The notes under the pieces: model-generated
The model's input: the letters and a program-made list of their open reading frames with translations, nothing else
Told to the model about the DNA's origin: nothing
The model's database searches: none
Source: Thermoanaerobaculia bacterium
Lineage (GTDB): Bacteria; Acidobacteriota; Thermoanaerobaculia; Multivoradales; UBA5704
DNA: 64,000 nucleotides
Assembly: GCA_036002325.1 (NCBI GenBank)
Contig: DASYTJ010000012.1
Span: 61,457 to 125,456, forward strand
Direction of reading: 5' to 3'
Shown here: piece after piece, positions 8,749 through 21,814 of the stretch
Position numbering within the stretch: the stretch's first letter is position 1
How the letters are laid out: each line of letters begins with the position of its first letter
Made by a program: the position numbers and the translations under genes

Positions 8749-10440
8749 ATGGCGGTGAAGAAGCACGCGCAGCCGCGGCGGACGACGCCGACGCTCGAGC
8801 TGGGGATCGCGGGCTGGCGCGTGCCTCTCCATGCCCACATCGCCTATCTGTGGGAGACGGAAGCGGACTTCGCCGCCGCGCTGGGCTTCGTGGAGGCCGG
8901 CCTGCGGGGCGGCCAGCACAGCGTGGTGATCGTCGCTCCGCAGGACGGCGACAGGATTCGCGCCATTCTCCGCGAGCGCGGCTTGGAGGTCGAGAGCGTT
9001 CAGGTGCGCGGGCGGCTGAGCATGATCGAGCGCGGCCAGACGGCGCAGCAGATGCTCGACGAGATCGCCGCGACGTTCGAAGCGGCGCTCGCGGCCGGGG
9101 CGCCGCACGTTCGTCTCTTCGGCGACGTCGGCTGGGGCCGCGCGAACAGCACGCCCGACGCCGAGCTGCTCTCCTATGAAGCCCGGCTTACCGACATCGC
9201 GGAGAGATTTCCCTGCGTCATTCTCTGCACTCACGAGGTGCACTCCCTGACCGGCCTGATCGCGCGTCACGGCGTGTTCGCCACCCACCCGCGGATCCTG
9301 GAGGAAGGCGGGGTCCTCGGCAATCCGTACTTCGTGCCGCTCGACCGGTTCCGCGAGCGGCTCGGCGCGATCGGCGCCGATCTGGCGGAACGCCAGCGGG
9401 AGCGGGAAGCCCTGCGGCGGCAGACCGAGATCCTGCAGGCCATCTTCGCCAACAGCCCGGCGATGATCGCGTTGATCGATCCCGCGGGACGCCTGATGCT
9501 GGCCAACCGGGAGTGGGAGCGGGTGCTCGGTTGGACGCTCGAAGAAGCGCAAAGGATCGACATCGGGGCGGAGCTCTATCCCGATGCGGAATATCGCGCC
9601 GAGATGCGCCGCAGGACCGACCAGGCGGAGCGCCGCTGGACCGAGCTCACCATGCGGACGCGGGACGGCAGGACGATCGAAGCGTCATGGGCGTGGACGC
9701 GCCTCTCGGACGGCAGCCGGATCTGGTTCGGTAGGGACGTCACGGAGCGCAGGCGGGCCGAGGAAGCCCTGCGGCAGTCCTATGACGAGCTGCGGGCCTT
9801 GTCGGAGCGGTTGCGCGCCGTGCGGGAGGAGGAGAGCGCGCGCATCGCGCGCGAGGTGCACGACGAGGTGGGCCAGTCGCTGACCGCCGTGCGCCTCGAC
9901 GCGGATTGGCTGCAGAAGCACCTCGCCTCCGCGACCGGCGCCGCGGGCGGAGAGATCCCCGGCAAGCTGCGGTCGATGGTCGAGCTGCTCGATAGCGCGC
10001 TGGACTCGGTGCAGCGGGTGGTCACCGAGCTGCGGCCGGGGGTTCTCGACGAGCTGGGTCTCGAAGCCGCCGTCGAATGGTACGTGAAAGAGTTCCAGCG
10101 GCGCAGCGGCCTCTCCTGTACGCTGCGGTCCAACCTGGGCGACGCGCCGCTCGATCCCGACCGCGCGACGGCGCTGTTCCGCATTCTCCAGGAAGCGCTC
10201 ACCAACGTGGTGCGCCACGCCGAGGCCACGGCGGTCGAGATCCGGCTGTCGGCCGAGGAGGGCCGCATCGTCCTCGCGGTGAGCGACAACGGGCTGGGCA
10301 TTCCCGAGGAGAAGCTCGCGAGCTCCCGGTCGCTGGGCCTGGTCGGCATGCGCGAGCGGGCGCGCTCGCTGGGCGGTGAGGTCGCGATTCGCAGGGCTGC
10401 CGGCCGTGGCACCACGGTCGAGGCGAGCCTGCCGCTATGA
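8749..10440 (+). CDS. Sensor histidine kinase with N-terminal MEDS domain, PAS domain and HisKA_3/HATPase_c (NarX/DegS-type)
   Basis: 563 aa; MEDS-like N-terminus (HIAYLWETEADFAAALGFVEAGLRGGQHSVVIV), PAS (AIFANSPAMIALIDPAGRL), H-box VHDEVGQSLTAVRLD, ATPase G-boxes (DNGLGIP, GLVGMRERA). Confidence 0.75.
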   Translation: MAVKKHAQPRRTTPTLELGIAGWRVPLHAHIAYLWETEADFAAALGFVEAGLRGGQHSVVIVAPQDGDRIRAILRERGLEVESVQVRGRLSMIERGQTAQQMLDEIAATFEAALAAGAPHVRLFGDVGWGRANSTPDAELLSYEARLTDIAERFPCVILCTHEVHSLTGLIARHGVFATHPRILEEGGVLGNPYFVPLDRFRERLGAIGADLAERQREREALRRQTEILQAIFANSPAMIALIDPAGRLMLANREWERVLGWTLEEAQRIDIGAELYPDAEYRAEMRRRTDQAERRWTELTMRTRDGRTIEASWAWTRLSDGSRIWFGRDVTERRRAEEALRQSYDELRALSERLRAVREEESARIAREVHDEVGQSLTAVRLDADWLQKHLASATGAAGGEIPGKLRSMVELLDSALDSVQRVVTELRPGVLDELGLEAAVEWYVKEFQRRSGLSCTLRSNLGDAPLDPDRATALFRILQEALTNVVRHAEATAVEIRLSAEEGRIVLAVSDNGLGIPEEKLASSRSLGLVGMRERARSLGGEVAIRRAAGRGTTVEASLPL

Positions 10441-11069
10441 CCCGGATCCTGCTGGTCGACGATCACACGGTCGTACGTCAGGGATTGAAGCAGATCCTCG
10501 GCGAGACGGCGGAGGCCCTCGACTTCGGCGACGCGGCGAACGGCGCGGAGGCTCTCCAGCAGGCGCGCAGCGGCGAGTGGGATCTCGTCGTTCTCGACAT
10601 GTCGCTGCCGGACCGGAGCGGGCTCGACGTGTTGAAGGAGCTGCGGCAGATCCGGCCGCGGCTGCCGGTCCTCGTGCTCAGCATGCATCCGGAGGAGCAG
10701 CTCGCGGTGCGGGCCTTGCGGGCGGGAGCGGCCGGCTACGTGACCAAGAGGACGGCCGCCGCGGACATCGCGACGGCGGTCAACCGGGTACTGGCGGGCG
10801 GCCGGTACGTCAGCCCGGCGCTGGCCGAGCGGCTGGCGGCGGAGCTCCGGGCCGGCGATGGGAAGGCGCCGCACGAGACGCTCTCCGACCGCGAGTACCA
10901 GGTCTTCCGCCTGCTGGCGGCGGGGCACACGGTCAAGCACATCGGCGGGCAGCTCCGCCTGAGCCCGCAGACGGTGAGCACCCACCGCTCGCGGATCCTG
11001 GAGAAGATGGGGCTCTCGACCAACGCCGAGCTGACCCAATATGCGATCCAGAACCGTCTCCTTGGGTGA
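10437..11069 (+). CDS. Response regulator, NarL/FixJ (LuxR-HTH) family
   Basis: 210 aa; REC domain (ILLVDDH...DLVVLDMSLPDRSG) plus LuxR HTH (LSDREYQVFRLLAAGHTVKHIGGQLRLSPQTVSTHRSRILEKMG); 4-nt overlap with upstream kinase. Confidence 0.85.
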   Translation: MTRILLVDDHTVVRQGLKQILGETAEALDFGDAANGAEALQQARSGEWDLVVLDMSLPDRSGLDVLKELRQIRPRLPVLVLSMHPEEQLAVRALRAGAAGYVTKRTAAADIATAVNRVLAGGRYVSPALAERLAAELRAGDGKAPHETLSDREYQVFRLLAAGHTVKHIGGQLRLSPQTVSTHRSRILEKMGLSTNAELTQYAIQNRLLG

Positions 11070-11255
11070 TTTCCCTCACCCCGATCGTACGGCGTACGAG
11101 GCCGAAATCGTCGCGCCGCCGATACCGGCTCCTCGAAGCGGAACGGTACCCTAAGCTAGGGGAGAGGCGGGAGGTGGCAACAAGTGCTTGACCTTGGAGT
11201 CATGTCCAGGTTTTACGTTTTCCTTCATGAGGTATTTCTTCCGCCTTCAGGCAGG

Positions 11256-11693
11256 ATGAGCCATGAGCTCAAGATCGGCGAGCTCGCGGAGCGTTGCGGG
11301 GTTTCGCGAGACGCATTGCGCTTTTATGAGCGCGTGGGATTGCTGCGTCCGCCGCGCCGGACGCCGTCGGGACACCGCGTTTACGACCAGGATGCGGTGC
11401 AGCGCCTGGAGCTCATCCGGCGCAGCCAGCAGATCGGTCTCACGCTCGACGACATCCGCGAGCTGCTGCGGGTCCAGGGGCTGCCTGGGGACGAGGCCCG
11501 TGAGCGGGTCGCCGAGCGGCTGCGCGCGCGCATCGAAACGGTGGACCAGCAGCTCGCGACCTCCGGGACCTTCCACCGCAAGCTGGCCGAGGCCCTCGAG
11601 CTCTGCGAGAGCGCGCCGGCGGAATCGGAATCCTTCTCCCTTCTCGACCTCCTCACGCGGGTCTCGGAGAGCGCGGCCGGGCCGGGGCATTGA
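11256..11693 (+). CDS. MerR family transcriptional regulator
   Basis: Start at MSHELKIGELAERCGVSRDALRFYERVGLL (MerR HTH), C-terminal coiled-coil. Confidence 0.75.
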   Translation: MSHELKIGELAERCGVSRDALRFYERVGLLRPPRRTPSGHRVYDQDAVQRLELIRRSQQIGLTLDDIRELLRVQGLPGDEARERVAERLRARIETVDQQLATSGTFHRKLAEALELCESAPAESESFSLLDLLTRVSESAAGPGH

Positions 11694-11702
11694 TGTGCGC
11701 TG

Positions 11703-13314
<1,612 letters not shown>

Positions 13315-13325
<11 letters not shown>

Positions 13326-13692
13326 AACGATCCTGATCGTCGACGACAACCCGGCGAACCTCAAGCTCGCCCGCGTGGTGCTCACCTCTCAAGGCTACGA
13401 CGTGCACACCGCCGCCGACGCCGAGGAGGCGCTGGATGCGCTGCGCAGCTTCACGCCGCGGCTGATCCTGATGGACATCCAGCTCCCCGGCATGGACGGT
13501 CTGGAGCTGACGCGGCGGCTGAAGGCCGATCCCGACCTGCGCGGCATGGTCATCGTCGGCCTGACCGCCTACGCCATGAAGGGCGACGAGGACAGGGTGC
13601 TCGCGGCGGGGTGTGACGGCTACATCGCCAAGCCGATCGACACCCGGCGCTTTCCGGAGCAGATCGCGGAGTACCTCAAGGCGTCGCCATGA
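13315..13692 (+). CDS. Single-domain response regulator (CheY-like receiver)
   Basis: Start [23 protein letters not shown]...[20 protein letters not shown]...GYIAKP; overlaps upstream kinase stop by 11 nt. Confidence 0.8.
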
Positions 13693-15665
13693 AAGTGCTC
13701 GTCGTCGACGACATGCCGCTCAATCGCAAGCTCCTGCGCGTCACACTCACCACCGGCGGGCACGAGACGGCGGAGGCCGCCGACGGTCTGGAGGCGCTTG
13801 AGCGGCTCGCCGACGGCGGCTTCGACGCCGTCATCACGGACATCCTGATGCCGCGGATGGACGGCTACCGGCTGTGCTACGAGATCCGCAAGGACGAGGA
13901 CTACCGCGACATCCCGATCATCGTCTACAGCTCCACCTACGTCTCGGATGCGGACGAGCACCTGGCATTCACCGTCGGAGCCGACCGCTTCATCCGCAAG
14001 CCGGCCGCCGCGGAGGTGATCCTCGGCGCCCTGGCGGAGCTGCGGCGGGCCCGTCCGGCGCGGCCGGAGCCCGCCCGTCCGGCGCGGGACCTCGAGACGC
14101 TCAAGGAGTACAGCGAAAACCTGGTCCGCAAGCTGGAAGAAAGGAACCGCGAGCTGGAGGCCAGCGAGGAGCGGTATCGCACGCTCTTCGAGCTCAATCC
14201 GTTTCCGATGTGGGTCTACGATCCGGAGACGCTCGCCATCCTGGCGGTGAACGCCGCGGCGGTGGAGCACTACGGCTACTCGCGCGACGAGTTCCTCACG
14301 ATGACCCTCAAGGACGTCCGGCCGGCGGAGGAGGTCTCCAAGCTTCTGGCGGTCGACCGGAGCTCGCCCAACCGCCGTGCCGCAGGACTGTGGCGGCACC
14401 GGAGGAAGGACGGCACGCTGATCGACGTCGAGGTATACACCCATGAGGTGGTGCTGGAAGGCCGGCCCCTGCGGCTCGCCATCCTCCACGACGTCACCGA
14501 GCAGAAGAAACTGGAGGAGCAGTTCCGGCAGGCGCAGAAGATGGAGGCCGTCGGCCGGATGGCGAGCGGCATCGCGCACGACTTCAACAATATGTTGACC
14601 GTGATCCTCGGCTATAGCGACCTGCTCGCCCGGCGGGTGGGAGACCGCGGGCCGTTCAGTCAGGAGCTCCTGGAGATCCGCAAGGCGGGAGATCGGGCAG
14701 CGGCGTTCACCCGGCAGCTCCTCGCCTTCAGCCGCAAGCAGGTGCTGATGCCCGAGGTTCTCGATCTCAACACCGTGGTGACCGAACTCGAGAAGATCCT
14801 CCACCGGCTGCTCGGCGAGGACTTGGAACTGCGGGCGGTGCTCGATCCCGATCTCGGCCATGTCAAGGCCGATCCCAGCCAGATCGAGCAGGTGATCATG
14901 AACCTCGCCGTCAACGCACGGGACGCGATGCCGGCCGGCGGCAGGCTGACGATCGAGACCCGAAACGTCGAGCTCGACGAGGACTACGCACGGGAGCACG
15001 CCGCCGTGCGGCCGGGACCGCACGTGATGCTGGCGGTGAGCGACACGGGCACGGGCATGGACGAGGACACGCGCTCCCGCATCTTCGAGCCCTTCTACAC
15101 CACCAAGGAGCCGGGGAAAGGGACCGGGCTGGGACTGTCGACGACCTACGGCATCGTCAAGCAGAGCGGCGGCAGCATCTGGGTCTACAGCGAGTTGGGC
15201 CACGGCACGACGTTCAAAATCTATCTGCCGCGGGTCGAGGAGCCGCTGGGGAAGGAGACGCGGGAGGCACCGGCCGGCGCCGCGAGGAGCCTGGGAGGAT
15301 ACGAGACCGTCCTCGTCGCCGAAGACGACGAAGCGATCCGTCTGCTGGCCCGGCTGGCCCTCGAAAGGCACGGCTATTCCGTGCTGATGGCGAAAGGCGG
15401 AGCCGAAGCCCTGGAGGTCGTGCGTGGCCATCGCGGACCCATCCACGCCTTGGTGACCGACATGCTGATGCCCGGGATGAGCGGCCGCGAGCTGGCCGCA
15501 CAGGTGAGGGTCCTGCGGCCCGATCTCAGGGTTCTCTTCGTCTCGGGCTACTCGGAGACCGCGGTCGGCGGCGACGGGGAGCTCGGTGAAAAGTCGGCCT
15601 TCCTGGAGAAGCCCTTCACGACCGAGGCCCTGGCGCGCAAGGTCCGGCAGTTGCTGGGCGGCTGA
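13689..15665 (+). CDS. Hybrid REC-PAS-histidine kinase-REC signalling protein
   Basis: 658 aa; N-terminal REC ([15 protein letters not shown]...VITDILMPRMDGYRL), PAS, HisKA (IAHDFNNMLTVILGYSDLL), HATPase (DTGTGMD, GTGLGLSTTYGIV), C-terminal REC (VLVAEDDEAIR...LVTDMLMPGMSGREL). Confidence 0.8.
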   Translation: MKVLVVDDMPLNRKLLRVTLTTGGHETAEAADGLEALERLADGGFDAVITDILMPRMDGYRLCYEIRKDEDYRDIPIIVYSSTYVSDADEHLAFTVGADRFIRKPAAAEVILGALAELRRARPARPEPARPARDLETLKEYSENLVRKLEERNRELEASEERYRTLFELNPFPMWVYDPETLAILAVNAAAVEHYGYSRDEFLTMTLKDVRPAEEVSKLLAVDRSSPNRRAAGLWRHRRKDGTLIDVEVYTHEVVLEGRPLRLAILHDVTEQKKLEEQFRQAQKMEAVGRMASGIAHDFNNMLTVILGYSDLLARRVGDRGPFSQELLEIRKAGDRAAAFTRQLLAFSRKQVLMPEVLDLNTVVTELEKILHRLLGEDLELRAVLDPDLGHVKADPSQIEQVIMNLAVNARDAMPAGGRLTIETRNVELDEDYAREHAAVRPGPHVMLAVSDTGTGMDEDTRSRIFEPFYTTKEPGKGTGLGLSTTYGIVKQSGGSIWVYSELGHGTTFKIYLPRVEEPLGKETREAPAGAARSLGGYETVLVAEDDEAIRLLARLALERHGYSVLMAKGGAEALEVVRGHRGPIHALVTDMLMPGMSGRELAAQVRVLRPDLRVLFVSGYSETAVGGDGELGEKSAFLEKPFTTEALARKVRQLLGG

Positions 15666-15678
15666 GCCTCGCGATTTC

Positions 15679-15708
15679 GTAGGGGCGGCCCCGCAGGGCC
15701 GCCCCTAC
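15679..15708. terminator. Perfect palindrome GTAGGGGCGGCCC-cgcag-GGGCCGCCCCTAC (REP-like, related to MLRPY element)
   Basis: 13-bp stem/5-nt loop immediately after hybrid kinase stop (15665); shares GTAGGGGCG...CGCCCCTAC arms with the 26835/62258 element. Confidence 0.5.
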
Positions 15709-15760
15709 ATTCCCGGCCGAATCGGAGTACCCTGTAAGAAATCGCTGGGAGGCGCGTTTC

Positions 15761-16342
15761 ATGGGCGAAGGAGAAAGGAGGGCAGGAGGCGTGCAAGCCG
15801 CTGCTTACGAGAAACCGCTCGACGCCCCCCCGGAAGCCCTGGAAGCGCTCTTCCGGGAGAATCACGGGGCGGTTTACCGCGCCGCGTACCGGATCACCGG
15901 CGACGCCATGGACGCGGAGGACGTGCTGCAAACCGTTTTCACCCGACTCCTGCGGCGAGAGGAGCAGCCGGATCTCTCGGAGAGCGCGGGGAGCTACCTC
16001 CACCGGGCGGCGGTCAACGCCGCTCTCGACCTGATGCGGCGGCGCAAGCGGTCGCGCAGGGTCGACCTGGAGGAGGTCGGCGAGAGCCTCGTGGACCGGT
16101 CGGATCCGGGTCCTGAGCGCGCCCGGGGCAACCGCGAGCTGAAAACGCGGTTGCGGGAGGCGCTGTCGCGCCTCTCCCCCCGTCAGGCCGAGATCTTCAC
16201 CCTGCGTTACCTCGCAGGGATGGGCAACCTGGAGATCGCCCGCCTGCTCGGCGCCTCCCAGACCTCCATCGCCGTACTACTGCATCGTGCGCGGCACCGG
16301 CTCCAGAAGGAGCTCGGGCCGCTTGAAGGAGAACTGTCATGA
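15761..16342 (+). CDS. ECF (sigma-70 family, group 4) RNA polymerase sigma factor
   Basis: 193 aa; region 2 (VYRAAYRITGDAMDAEDVLQTVFTRL) and region 4 (RQAEIFTLRYLAGMGNLEIARLLGASQTSIAVLLHRARHRL). Confidence 0.8.
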   Translation: MGEGERRAGGVQAAAYEKPLDAPPEALEALFRENHGAVYRAAYRITGDAMDAEDVLQTVFTRLLRREEQPDLSESAGSYLHRAAVNAALDLMRRRKRSRRVDLEEVGESLVDRSDPGPERARGNRELKTRLREALSRLSPRQAEIFTLRYLAGMGNLEIARLLGASQTSIAVLLHRARHRLQKELGPLEGELS

Positions 16343-18978
16343 GCCTGTTCAAGAAGCACGACGACCTTCTGGACGACGCGATCGGCCAGGTGGCGAACGA
16401 GCCCATCGACCCTCGCCAGGTCGAAGCGGCGGCGGCCCGTGTCTGGGCGCGGCTGGCGCAGGGCGGAGCTGCCGAAACCGCCGCGCCGGCGGTGGCCGAA
16501 GCCGCTCCGATCTCCGGCAGCCTGCACGGCTGCGAGGACTTCCAGTCCCTGATCCCCGCCTATCTGCGGGGCGAGCTGTCCCCGGCGCGCGCGCTGCTCG
16601 TCGAGGACCATACGCGGAGCTGCGTGCCCTGCCGCCGGGCGCTCCGTGAGGCCCGTGAGGGCCACAAGGTGGCGGCCGCGCGGCCGGCGGCGGCGAAGTC
16701 TTGGAGCCGCGACCGCCGGGTGTGGATGCCGCTCGCCGCGGCTCTGGCCGTGGTCCTCGGCTACGGCCTGCTGGTGGTGATTCAGGAGATGCTGGCCGGC
16801 GGTGCCCGCATGGCCCGCATCGAATCCGTGGCAGGCACGATCTACCGGGTCGCCGCCGATTCCAGCCGGCCGTTGGCCGCCGGCGAGACGATCGACGAGG
16901 GCGAGGAGATCCGCACGGCGAAAGGCTCGACGGCGGTGGTGCGCATGGCGGACGGCTCGCTGATCGAGATGGGCGAGCGGGCGAGCTTCGCGCTCGACGC
17001 CGGCCGCAAGGGCAACACCATCGAGCTGGCGCGGGGCAAGGTGATCGTCCAGGCCGCCAAGCAGCGCCGCCGGCACCTGTTCGTGGCCACCCGCGACGCG
17101 CTGGTCTCGGTGACCGGCACGATCTTCTCCGTCAACTCCGGCACCAAGGGCTCGCGCGTGTCGGTGATCGAGGGCGAGGTGCGGGTCAAGCAGGCGCGGA
17201 CCGATGCGATCCTCCACCCGGGCGACCAGGTGACGACGCACACCAGCGTCGAGACCGTGCCGATCCGCGAGGAGATCGCCTGGAGCCGCAACGCCAAGCA
17301 GTACGACGAGCTCCTGGCCGAGCTGACCGCCCTGGGCAAGGAGATCGACGCGCGGGTGGAGCGGCCGGGACTGCGCTACTCGACGCGGCTGCTGGATCTC
17401 GCCCCTGAAGGGACGACGGTCTGGATCGCGCTGCCGAACCTGTCGCGCAGCCTCGACGAGACGCAGCGCATTCTCGATCAGAAGATCGCCGAGAGCCCGT
17501 CGCTCGCCCAGTGGTGGAGCGAGACGCTGCGCTCGACCGGCAACGAGCAGAAGTTCCACGACATGATCGAGAAGATCGGCGCCCTCGGCCGCTATCTGGG
17601 CGACGAGGTGGCCGTGGCCATGGCGGCCGGCGGCAACGACGACTGTGAGCCCGTGCTGCTGGCCGAAGTGACGAATGAGGCGTCCTTCCGCGCCACCCTC
17701 GAGCAGGAGCTCGCGGGTATCAACGCCAAAGAAGGCAAGCCGGTGCGGATCGTGGACGATCTCGCCACCGCTCCCGAGGGCGCGGGCATGCTGCTGTGGA
17801 TCCACGACGGTCTGCTCATCGCCTCGCCCGATATCGCCGAGCTGCGCGAGGTGGCGGCGATCACCGCCGGCGGCTCCAACCCGTTCACCGGCTCCAGCTT
17901 CCATGGCCGCATCGCCCAGGATTACCGCGACGGCGCCGGCTGGCTGTTCGCGGCCGATCTCCACACGCTGGTGCGCAAGGGGCAGGAGAAGGAATCTTCC
18001 GAGTCGCAGCAGATGGCCGAGAAGCTGGGCGTGCTCGACCTCGACCACTTCATCATCGACCGGCGGGAGATCGACGGCCGGGCCGAGACCCGCGCCGCCT
18101 TGACCTTCGACCAGCCGCGGCGGGGGATCGCCTCCTGGATCGCCGCGCCGGCGCCGATGGGCAGCTTGAGCTTCTTCTCACCTGACGCAAACCTTGCGGC
18201 GGCTTTCGTCGTAAAGAGCCCTGTGACGATTCTCGACGAGTTGCTCGCCATCAATCCCGAGTTCGCCCGCGAGCTGGCGGAAGCGCAGGCCAAGCACGGC
18301 TTCGATCTGCGCAGCGATCTCGCGGCGCCTCTGGGCGGCGAGATCGCCGTCGGCGTCGACGGGCCGGTGCTGCCCATGCCCTCCTGGAAGCTGGTGGCCG
18401 AGGTGTACGATCCGGCGCGCTTGCAGCAGACGTTCGAGCGGGCGGTTTCCCGCCTCAACGACGAGCTGCGGGCTGAAGGCAAGGCCGGGGTTCAGATCAC
18501 CAACGAGCAGAGCGGTGGCCGCACCTTCTACGCCGTCCAGGGGACCGAGCCGAAGGTCGAGCTCCATTACGTCTTCGAGGACGGCTACCTGCTGGCCGGC
18601 CCCAGCCGGGCGCTGCTCGAGCGGTCGCTCCAGCAGCGGGACTCGCGCGTGACGCTGGCCACCACGGCCAAGTTCCGCGACCTCCTGGGTCCGGACGGTC
18701 AGGTGAACGTCTCGGCCCTGGTCTACCACAACGTGGCGCCGCTGGCGAAATCCGCCTCCAAGGTGCTGCCGGAAGCCGCCACCCATCCGCGCGGCGGCCC
18801 CGACATCGGCAAGTTCCTGGCGTCGCAGGGGCCGACGCTCTACTACGCCTACGCCGAGCCGGACCGCATCGTCTTCGCCGGCAGCAACCAGAACCCTCTG
18901 GGCCTGAACCTCGGCACGCTGGCCGGCCTCGGCGGCATCGCGGGGTTGGCGAACTCGGGGCACGAGGAGGCCCATTAG
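16339..18978 (+). CDS. Anti-sigma factor: N-terminal zinc-finger (HxxxCxxC), TM helix, FecR-like periplasmic domain plus about 550-aa C-terminal extension
   Basis: 879 aa; [17 protein letters not shown]-like motif, TM ([20 protein letters not shown]), FecR-like beta segment ([20 protein letters not shown]...GKVIVQA); 4-nt overlap with sigma gene. Confidence 0.65.
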   Translation: MSLFKKHDDLLDDAIGQVANEPIDPRQVEAAAARVWARLAQGGAAETAAPAVAEAAPISGSLHGCEDFQSLIPAYLRGELSPARALLVEDHTRSCVPCRRALREAREGHKVAAARPAAAKSWSRDRRVWMPLAAALAVVLGYGLLVVIQEMLAGGARMARIESVAGTIYRVAADSSRPLAAGETIDEGEEIRTAKGSTAVVRMADGSLIEMGERASFALDAGRKGNTIELARGKVIVQAAKQRRRHLFVATRDALVSVTGTIFSVNSGTKGSRVSVIEGEVRVKQARTDAILHPGDQVTTHTSVETVPIREEIAWSRNAKQYDELLAELTALGKEIDARVERPGLRYSTRLLDLAPEGTTVWIALPNLSRSLDETQRILDQKIAESPSLAQWWSETLRSTGNEQKFHDMIEKIGALGRYLGDEVAVAMAAGGNDDCEPVLLAEVTNEASFRATLEQELAGINAKEGKPVRIVDDLATAPEGAGMLLWIHDGLLIASPDIAELREVAAITAGGSNPFTGSSFHGRIAQDYRDGAGWLFAADLHTLVRKGQEKESSESQQMAEKLGVLDLDHFIIDRREIDGRAETRAALTFDQPRRGIASWIAAPAPMGSLSFFSPDANLAAAFVVKSPVTILDELLAINPEFARELAEAQAKHGFDLRSDLAAPLGGEIAVGVDGPVLPMPSWKLVAEVYDPARLQQTFERAVSRLNDELRAEGKAGVQITNEQSGGRTFYAVQGTEPKVELHYVFEDGYLLAGPSRALLERSLQQRDSRVTLATTAKFRDLLGPDGQVNVSALVYHNVAPLAKSASKVLPEAATHPRGGPDIGKFLASQGPTLYYAYAEPDRIVFAGSNQNPLGLNLGTLAGLGGIAGLANSGHEEAH

Positions 18979-18994
18979 GCGGTCCGCGGGCCGC

Positions 18995-19960
18995 GTGGAG
19001 CAGCACATGTCCGATCCGAGCACGCCCGTCGTCGAGCTCCAGGGCCTGGAGGTGCGGTTCGGGAAGCGTCCGATCCTCAAAGGATTGAACGCCACCCTGA
19101 ACGGCCGCTGCATCGGCCTCCTGGGTCCCAACGGCGCCGGCAAGACGACGCTGCTCCATACTCTCCTCGGTTTCCACCCTCCAGCCGCGGGGACCGCCCG
19201 CGTCTTCGGCCACGACATCCGGGCGGAGACGCGGGCCATCCGCGGTCTGATGGGTTACATGCCCGAGAGCGACGCCTTCATCTCCGGGATGACCGCGGTG
19301 CGGTTCGTCCGGCTGATGGGCGAGCTCTCGGGTCTGCCTTCCGAGCGCGCGCTCGAACGGGCCCACGAAACCCTGTTCTACGTCGGCCTGGGCGAGGCCC
19401 GCTACCGCAAGGTGGAGACCTACTCGCTGGGCATGAAGCAGCTCGCCAAGCTCGCTCAGGCGCTGGTCCACGGCCCGCGGCTCCTCTTCCTGGACGAGCC
19501 CACCAACGGCCTCGATCCGACGGCCCGCGAGCGCATGCTCAAGCTGATCCGCGACATCCGCGACACCGGCGAGGTGAACATCATCCTCTCCTCCCACCTG
19601 TTGCGGGACGTCGAGGAGTGCTGCGAGGAGGTGCTGGTTCTGAAGCAAGGCAGCATCGCCACCTACTGCAATCTCGAGGAGGAGCGCCGGGCCAACCGCA
19701 AGTTCCTGGAGCTGGAGATCCGCGGCGACGGCGACGAATCCTTCGCCGCCGCCGTCGAAGCCCTGGGGGTTGAGATGGCGGTAGGCGGCAAGCAGCGCAT
19801 GAAGATCGTGCTGCCGGAAGGCGTCGAGATCCGCGACCTCTATCGGCTGGCCGCCGAGCGCCAGGTGCAGATCCGCCGGCTCGACTACAAGCGGGATTCC
19901 TTGCAGGACATCTTCCTCAAGGCGATGGATATGGAGGTCGGCGACCATGGCCGTGTATAA
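18995..19960 (+). CDS. ABC transporter ATP-binding protein
   Basis: Walker [10 protein letters not shown], signature LSGGMKQ-like ([15 protein letters not shown]), Walker [13 protein letters not shown]. Confidence 0.85.
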   Translation: MEQHMSDPSTPVVELQGLEVRFGKRPILKGLNATLNGRCIGLLGPNGAGKTTLLHTLLGFHPPAAGTARVFGHDIRAETRAIRGLMGYMPESDAFISGMTAVRFVRLMGELSGLPSERALERAHETLFYVGLGEARYRKVETYSLGMKQLAKLAQALVHGPRLLFLDEPTNGLDPTARERMLKLIRDIRDTGEVNIILSSHLLRDVEECCEEVLVLKQGSIATYCNLEEERRANRKFLELEIRGDGDESFAAAVEALGVEMAVGGKQRMKIVLPEGVEIRDLYRLAAERQVQIRRLDYKRDSLQDIFLKAMDMEVGDHGRV

Positions 19961-20822
19961 GAGCAACTATGGGCGGTACCGCGGCGCCCTGACGCCGGCC
20001 TGGTCGCGCTTCACGATCCTGCCGCGGTACGCCTTCGGCGAGGTGTTTCGGAGCCGCGGCTTCGTGGCCTTCTTCACCCTCTGCTTCGCCGCGCCGTTCG
20101 CCGGGCTGCTGATGATCTATCTGCACCATAACCTGGCGGCGCTCAAATTCCTCAACCTGCCGCTGGACCAACTGAAGGAGGCGTTGCCGATCAACGCCAA
20201 GTTCTTCCGCGGCGGCTTGGAGTGGCAGGGGTCGCTCTGCTTCCTGCTGTCGCTGTTCGTGGGGCCGGCGCTCGTCGCGCCCGACCTGCGCAACAACGGG
20301 CTGCCGCTCTATCTCTCGCGGCCCTTCACCCGCTCCGAGTACGTGCTGGGCAAGATGACGGTGCTGGTCGCCCTGCTGTCGCTGATCACCTGGATTCCCG
20401 GTCTGCTGCTGTTCCTCTTCCAGGGCTATCTCGAAGGGGCCGGCTGGTTGGGAGCCAATCTCAGGATTGCGGCGGCCCTCTTCGTCGGCAGTTGGGTGTG
20501 GATCCTGGCGCTGTCGCTGGTCGCTCTGGCGATCTCGGCCTGGGTGAAGTGGAAGCCGGTGGCGCGCATTTCGCTGCTGATCGTCTTCTTCGTCTTCTCC
20601 GGCTTCGCCCGGGCGCTCAACGAGGCGCTGGACACCTGGTGGGGTTGGTTCGTCTCGCTTTGGGCGGCGGTGCAGAACATCTGGGCTTCGCTCTTCGGCC
20701 TCGAGATCGACTCGGACTTGGCGGTGCCGATCTGGGCCGCCTGGCTGACGCTCCTCGCCGGCTGCACCCTCTGCCTCTGGCTGCTCTCCCGCCGCATCCG
20801 GGCCTATGAGGTGGTGCGATGA
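19947..20822 (+). CDS. ABC-2 type transporter permease
   Basis: 291 aa, about 6 TM helices; overlaps upstream ATPase gene end. Confidence 0.6.
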   Translation: MAVYKSNYGRYRGALTPAWSRFTILPRYAFGEVFRSRGFVAFFTLCFAAPFAGLLMIYLHHNLAALKFLNLPLDQLKEALPINAKFFRGGLEWQGSLCFLLSLFVGPALVAPDLRNNGLPLYLSRPFTRSEYVLGKMTVLVALLSLITWIPGLLLFLFQGYLEGAGWLGANLRIAAALFVGSWVWILALSLVALAISAWVKWKPVARISLLIVFFVFSGFARALNEALDTWWGWFVSLWAAVQNIWASLFGLEIDSDLAVPIWAAWLTLLAGCTLCLWLLSRRIRAYEVVR

Positions 20823-21814
20823 TCGCCAACGGAACCGCCCTGCCGAGCACCGAGCCGGCTGCGGGCGGCGGCGACCGCCGGGTGGTCTTCGAAAACGTCT
20901 CGAAGTTCTACGGCGACGTCCTGGGAGTGAACCGGGTGAACCTCTCGATCCCGCCGGGCATCACCGGCCTGGTGGGGCCGAACGGCTCCGGCAAGACGAC
21001 GCTGATGAACCTCATGGTGGGGCTGATCCGTCCGTCGCGAGGTCGCATCTCCGTGCTCGGCCTGGCGCCCGACGACGCCGAGCGGCTGTTCCGCCAGGTG
21101 GGCTACGCCTCGCAGTACGACGCCTTTCCGCCGGGCCTGACCGGTTATCAATTCATCGAGTCCTACCTGCGGGTACACGGCTTTGCCGCAAAGGAGGCGG
21201 AGGCCCTGACCTGGAAGGCTCTGGAGCGCGCCGGGCTGATCGACGCGGCCGGACGCAAGGTGGCCGGCTATAGCAAAGGCATGCGGCAGCGGGTGCGCCT
21301 CGCGCAGGCGATCTCCCATCAGCCCTCGGTGCTGGTGCTCGACGAACCGTTAAACGGGCTCGATCCCATGGCGCGCGCCGAGGCGATCGCCCTCTTTCGC
21401 GAGCTGGCGGACGGCGGGCTGCACGTCATCGTCTCGAGCCACATCCTGCACGAAGTCGATCTGATTTCCGACCAGGTGGTGCTCATCAACGGCGGCTACA
21501 TCGTGGCTGAGGGCGAGATCGCCGAAGTGCGTGACGAGATGGAGGAGCAGCATCCGGTGCAAGTGCTGATCCGCTGCGACCGGCCGTCGCTGCTGGCCTC
21601 GCGCGTCTTCGAGCAGGACCACGTGGTGGAAGCCCGCATCCTCGAGGACGGCCGGGGCTTGCTGGTGCGCACCCGCGACGCCGACCGCTTCCACCTGGTG
21701 TTGAACGAGATCGTGCTCGGCAGCGGCCTCGCCGTCGAGGCCATAGCGCCGGCCGACGCCGACGTCCACGCCGTTTATCAATATCTGATCGGTTCGAACG
21801 GAGAGAAGTCGTGA
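20819..21814 (+). CDS. ABC transporter ATP-binding protein (second copy)
   Basis: Walker [10 protein letters not shown], signature [15 protein letters not shown], Walker [13 protein letters not shown]. Confidence 0.85.
   Translation: MIANGTALPSTEPAAGGGDRRVVFENVSKFYGDVLGVNRVNLSIPPGITGLVGPNGSGKTTLMNLMVGLIRPSRGRISVLGLAPDDAERLFRQVGYASQYDAFPPGLTGYQFIESYLRVHGFAAKEAEALTWKALERAGLIDAAGRKVAGYSKGMRQRVRLAQAISHQPSVLVLDEPLNGLDPMARAEAIALFRELADGGLHVIVSSHILHEVDLISDQVVLINGGYIVAEGEIAEVRDEMEEQHPVQVLIRCDRPSLLASRVFEQDHVVEARILEDGRGLLVRTRDADRFHLVLNEIVLGSGLAVEAIAPADADVHAVYQYLIGSNGEKS

Noticed and set aside
13620-15446. 608-aa minus-strand ORF
   Set aside because: Antisense to the hybrid REC-kinase gene, which has clear domain motifs.
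16207-18048. 613-aa minus-strand ORF
   Set aside because: Antisense to the ECF sigma and anti-sigma genes.
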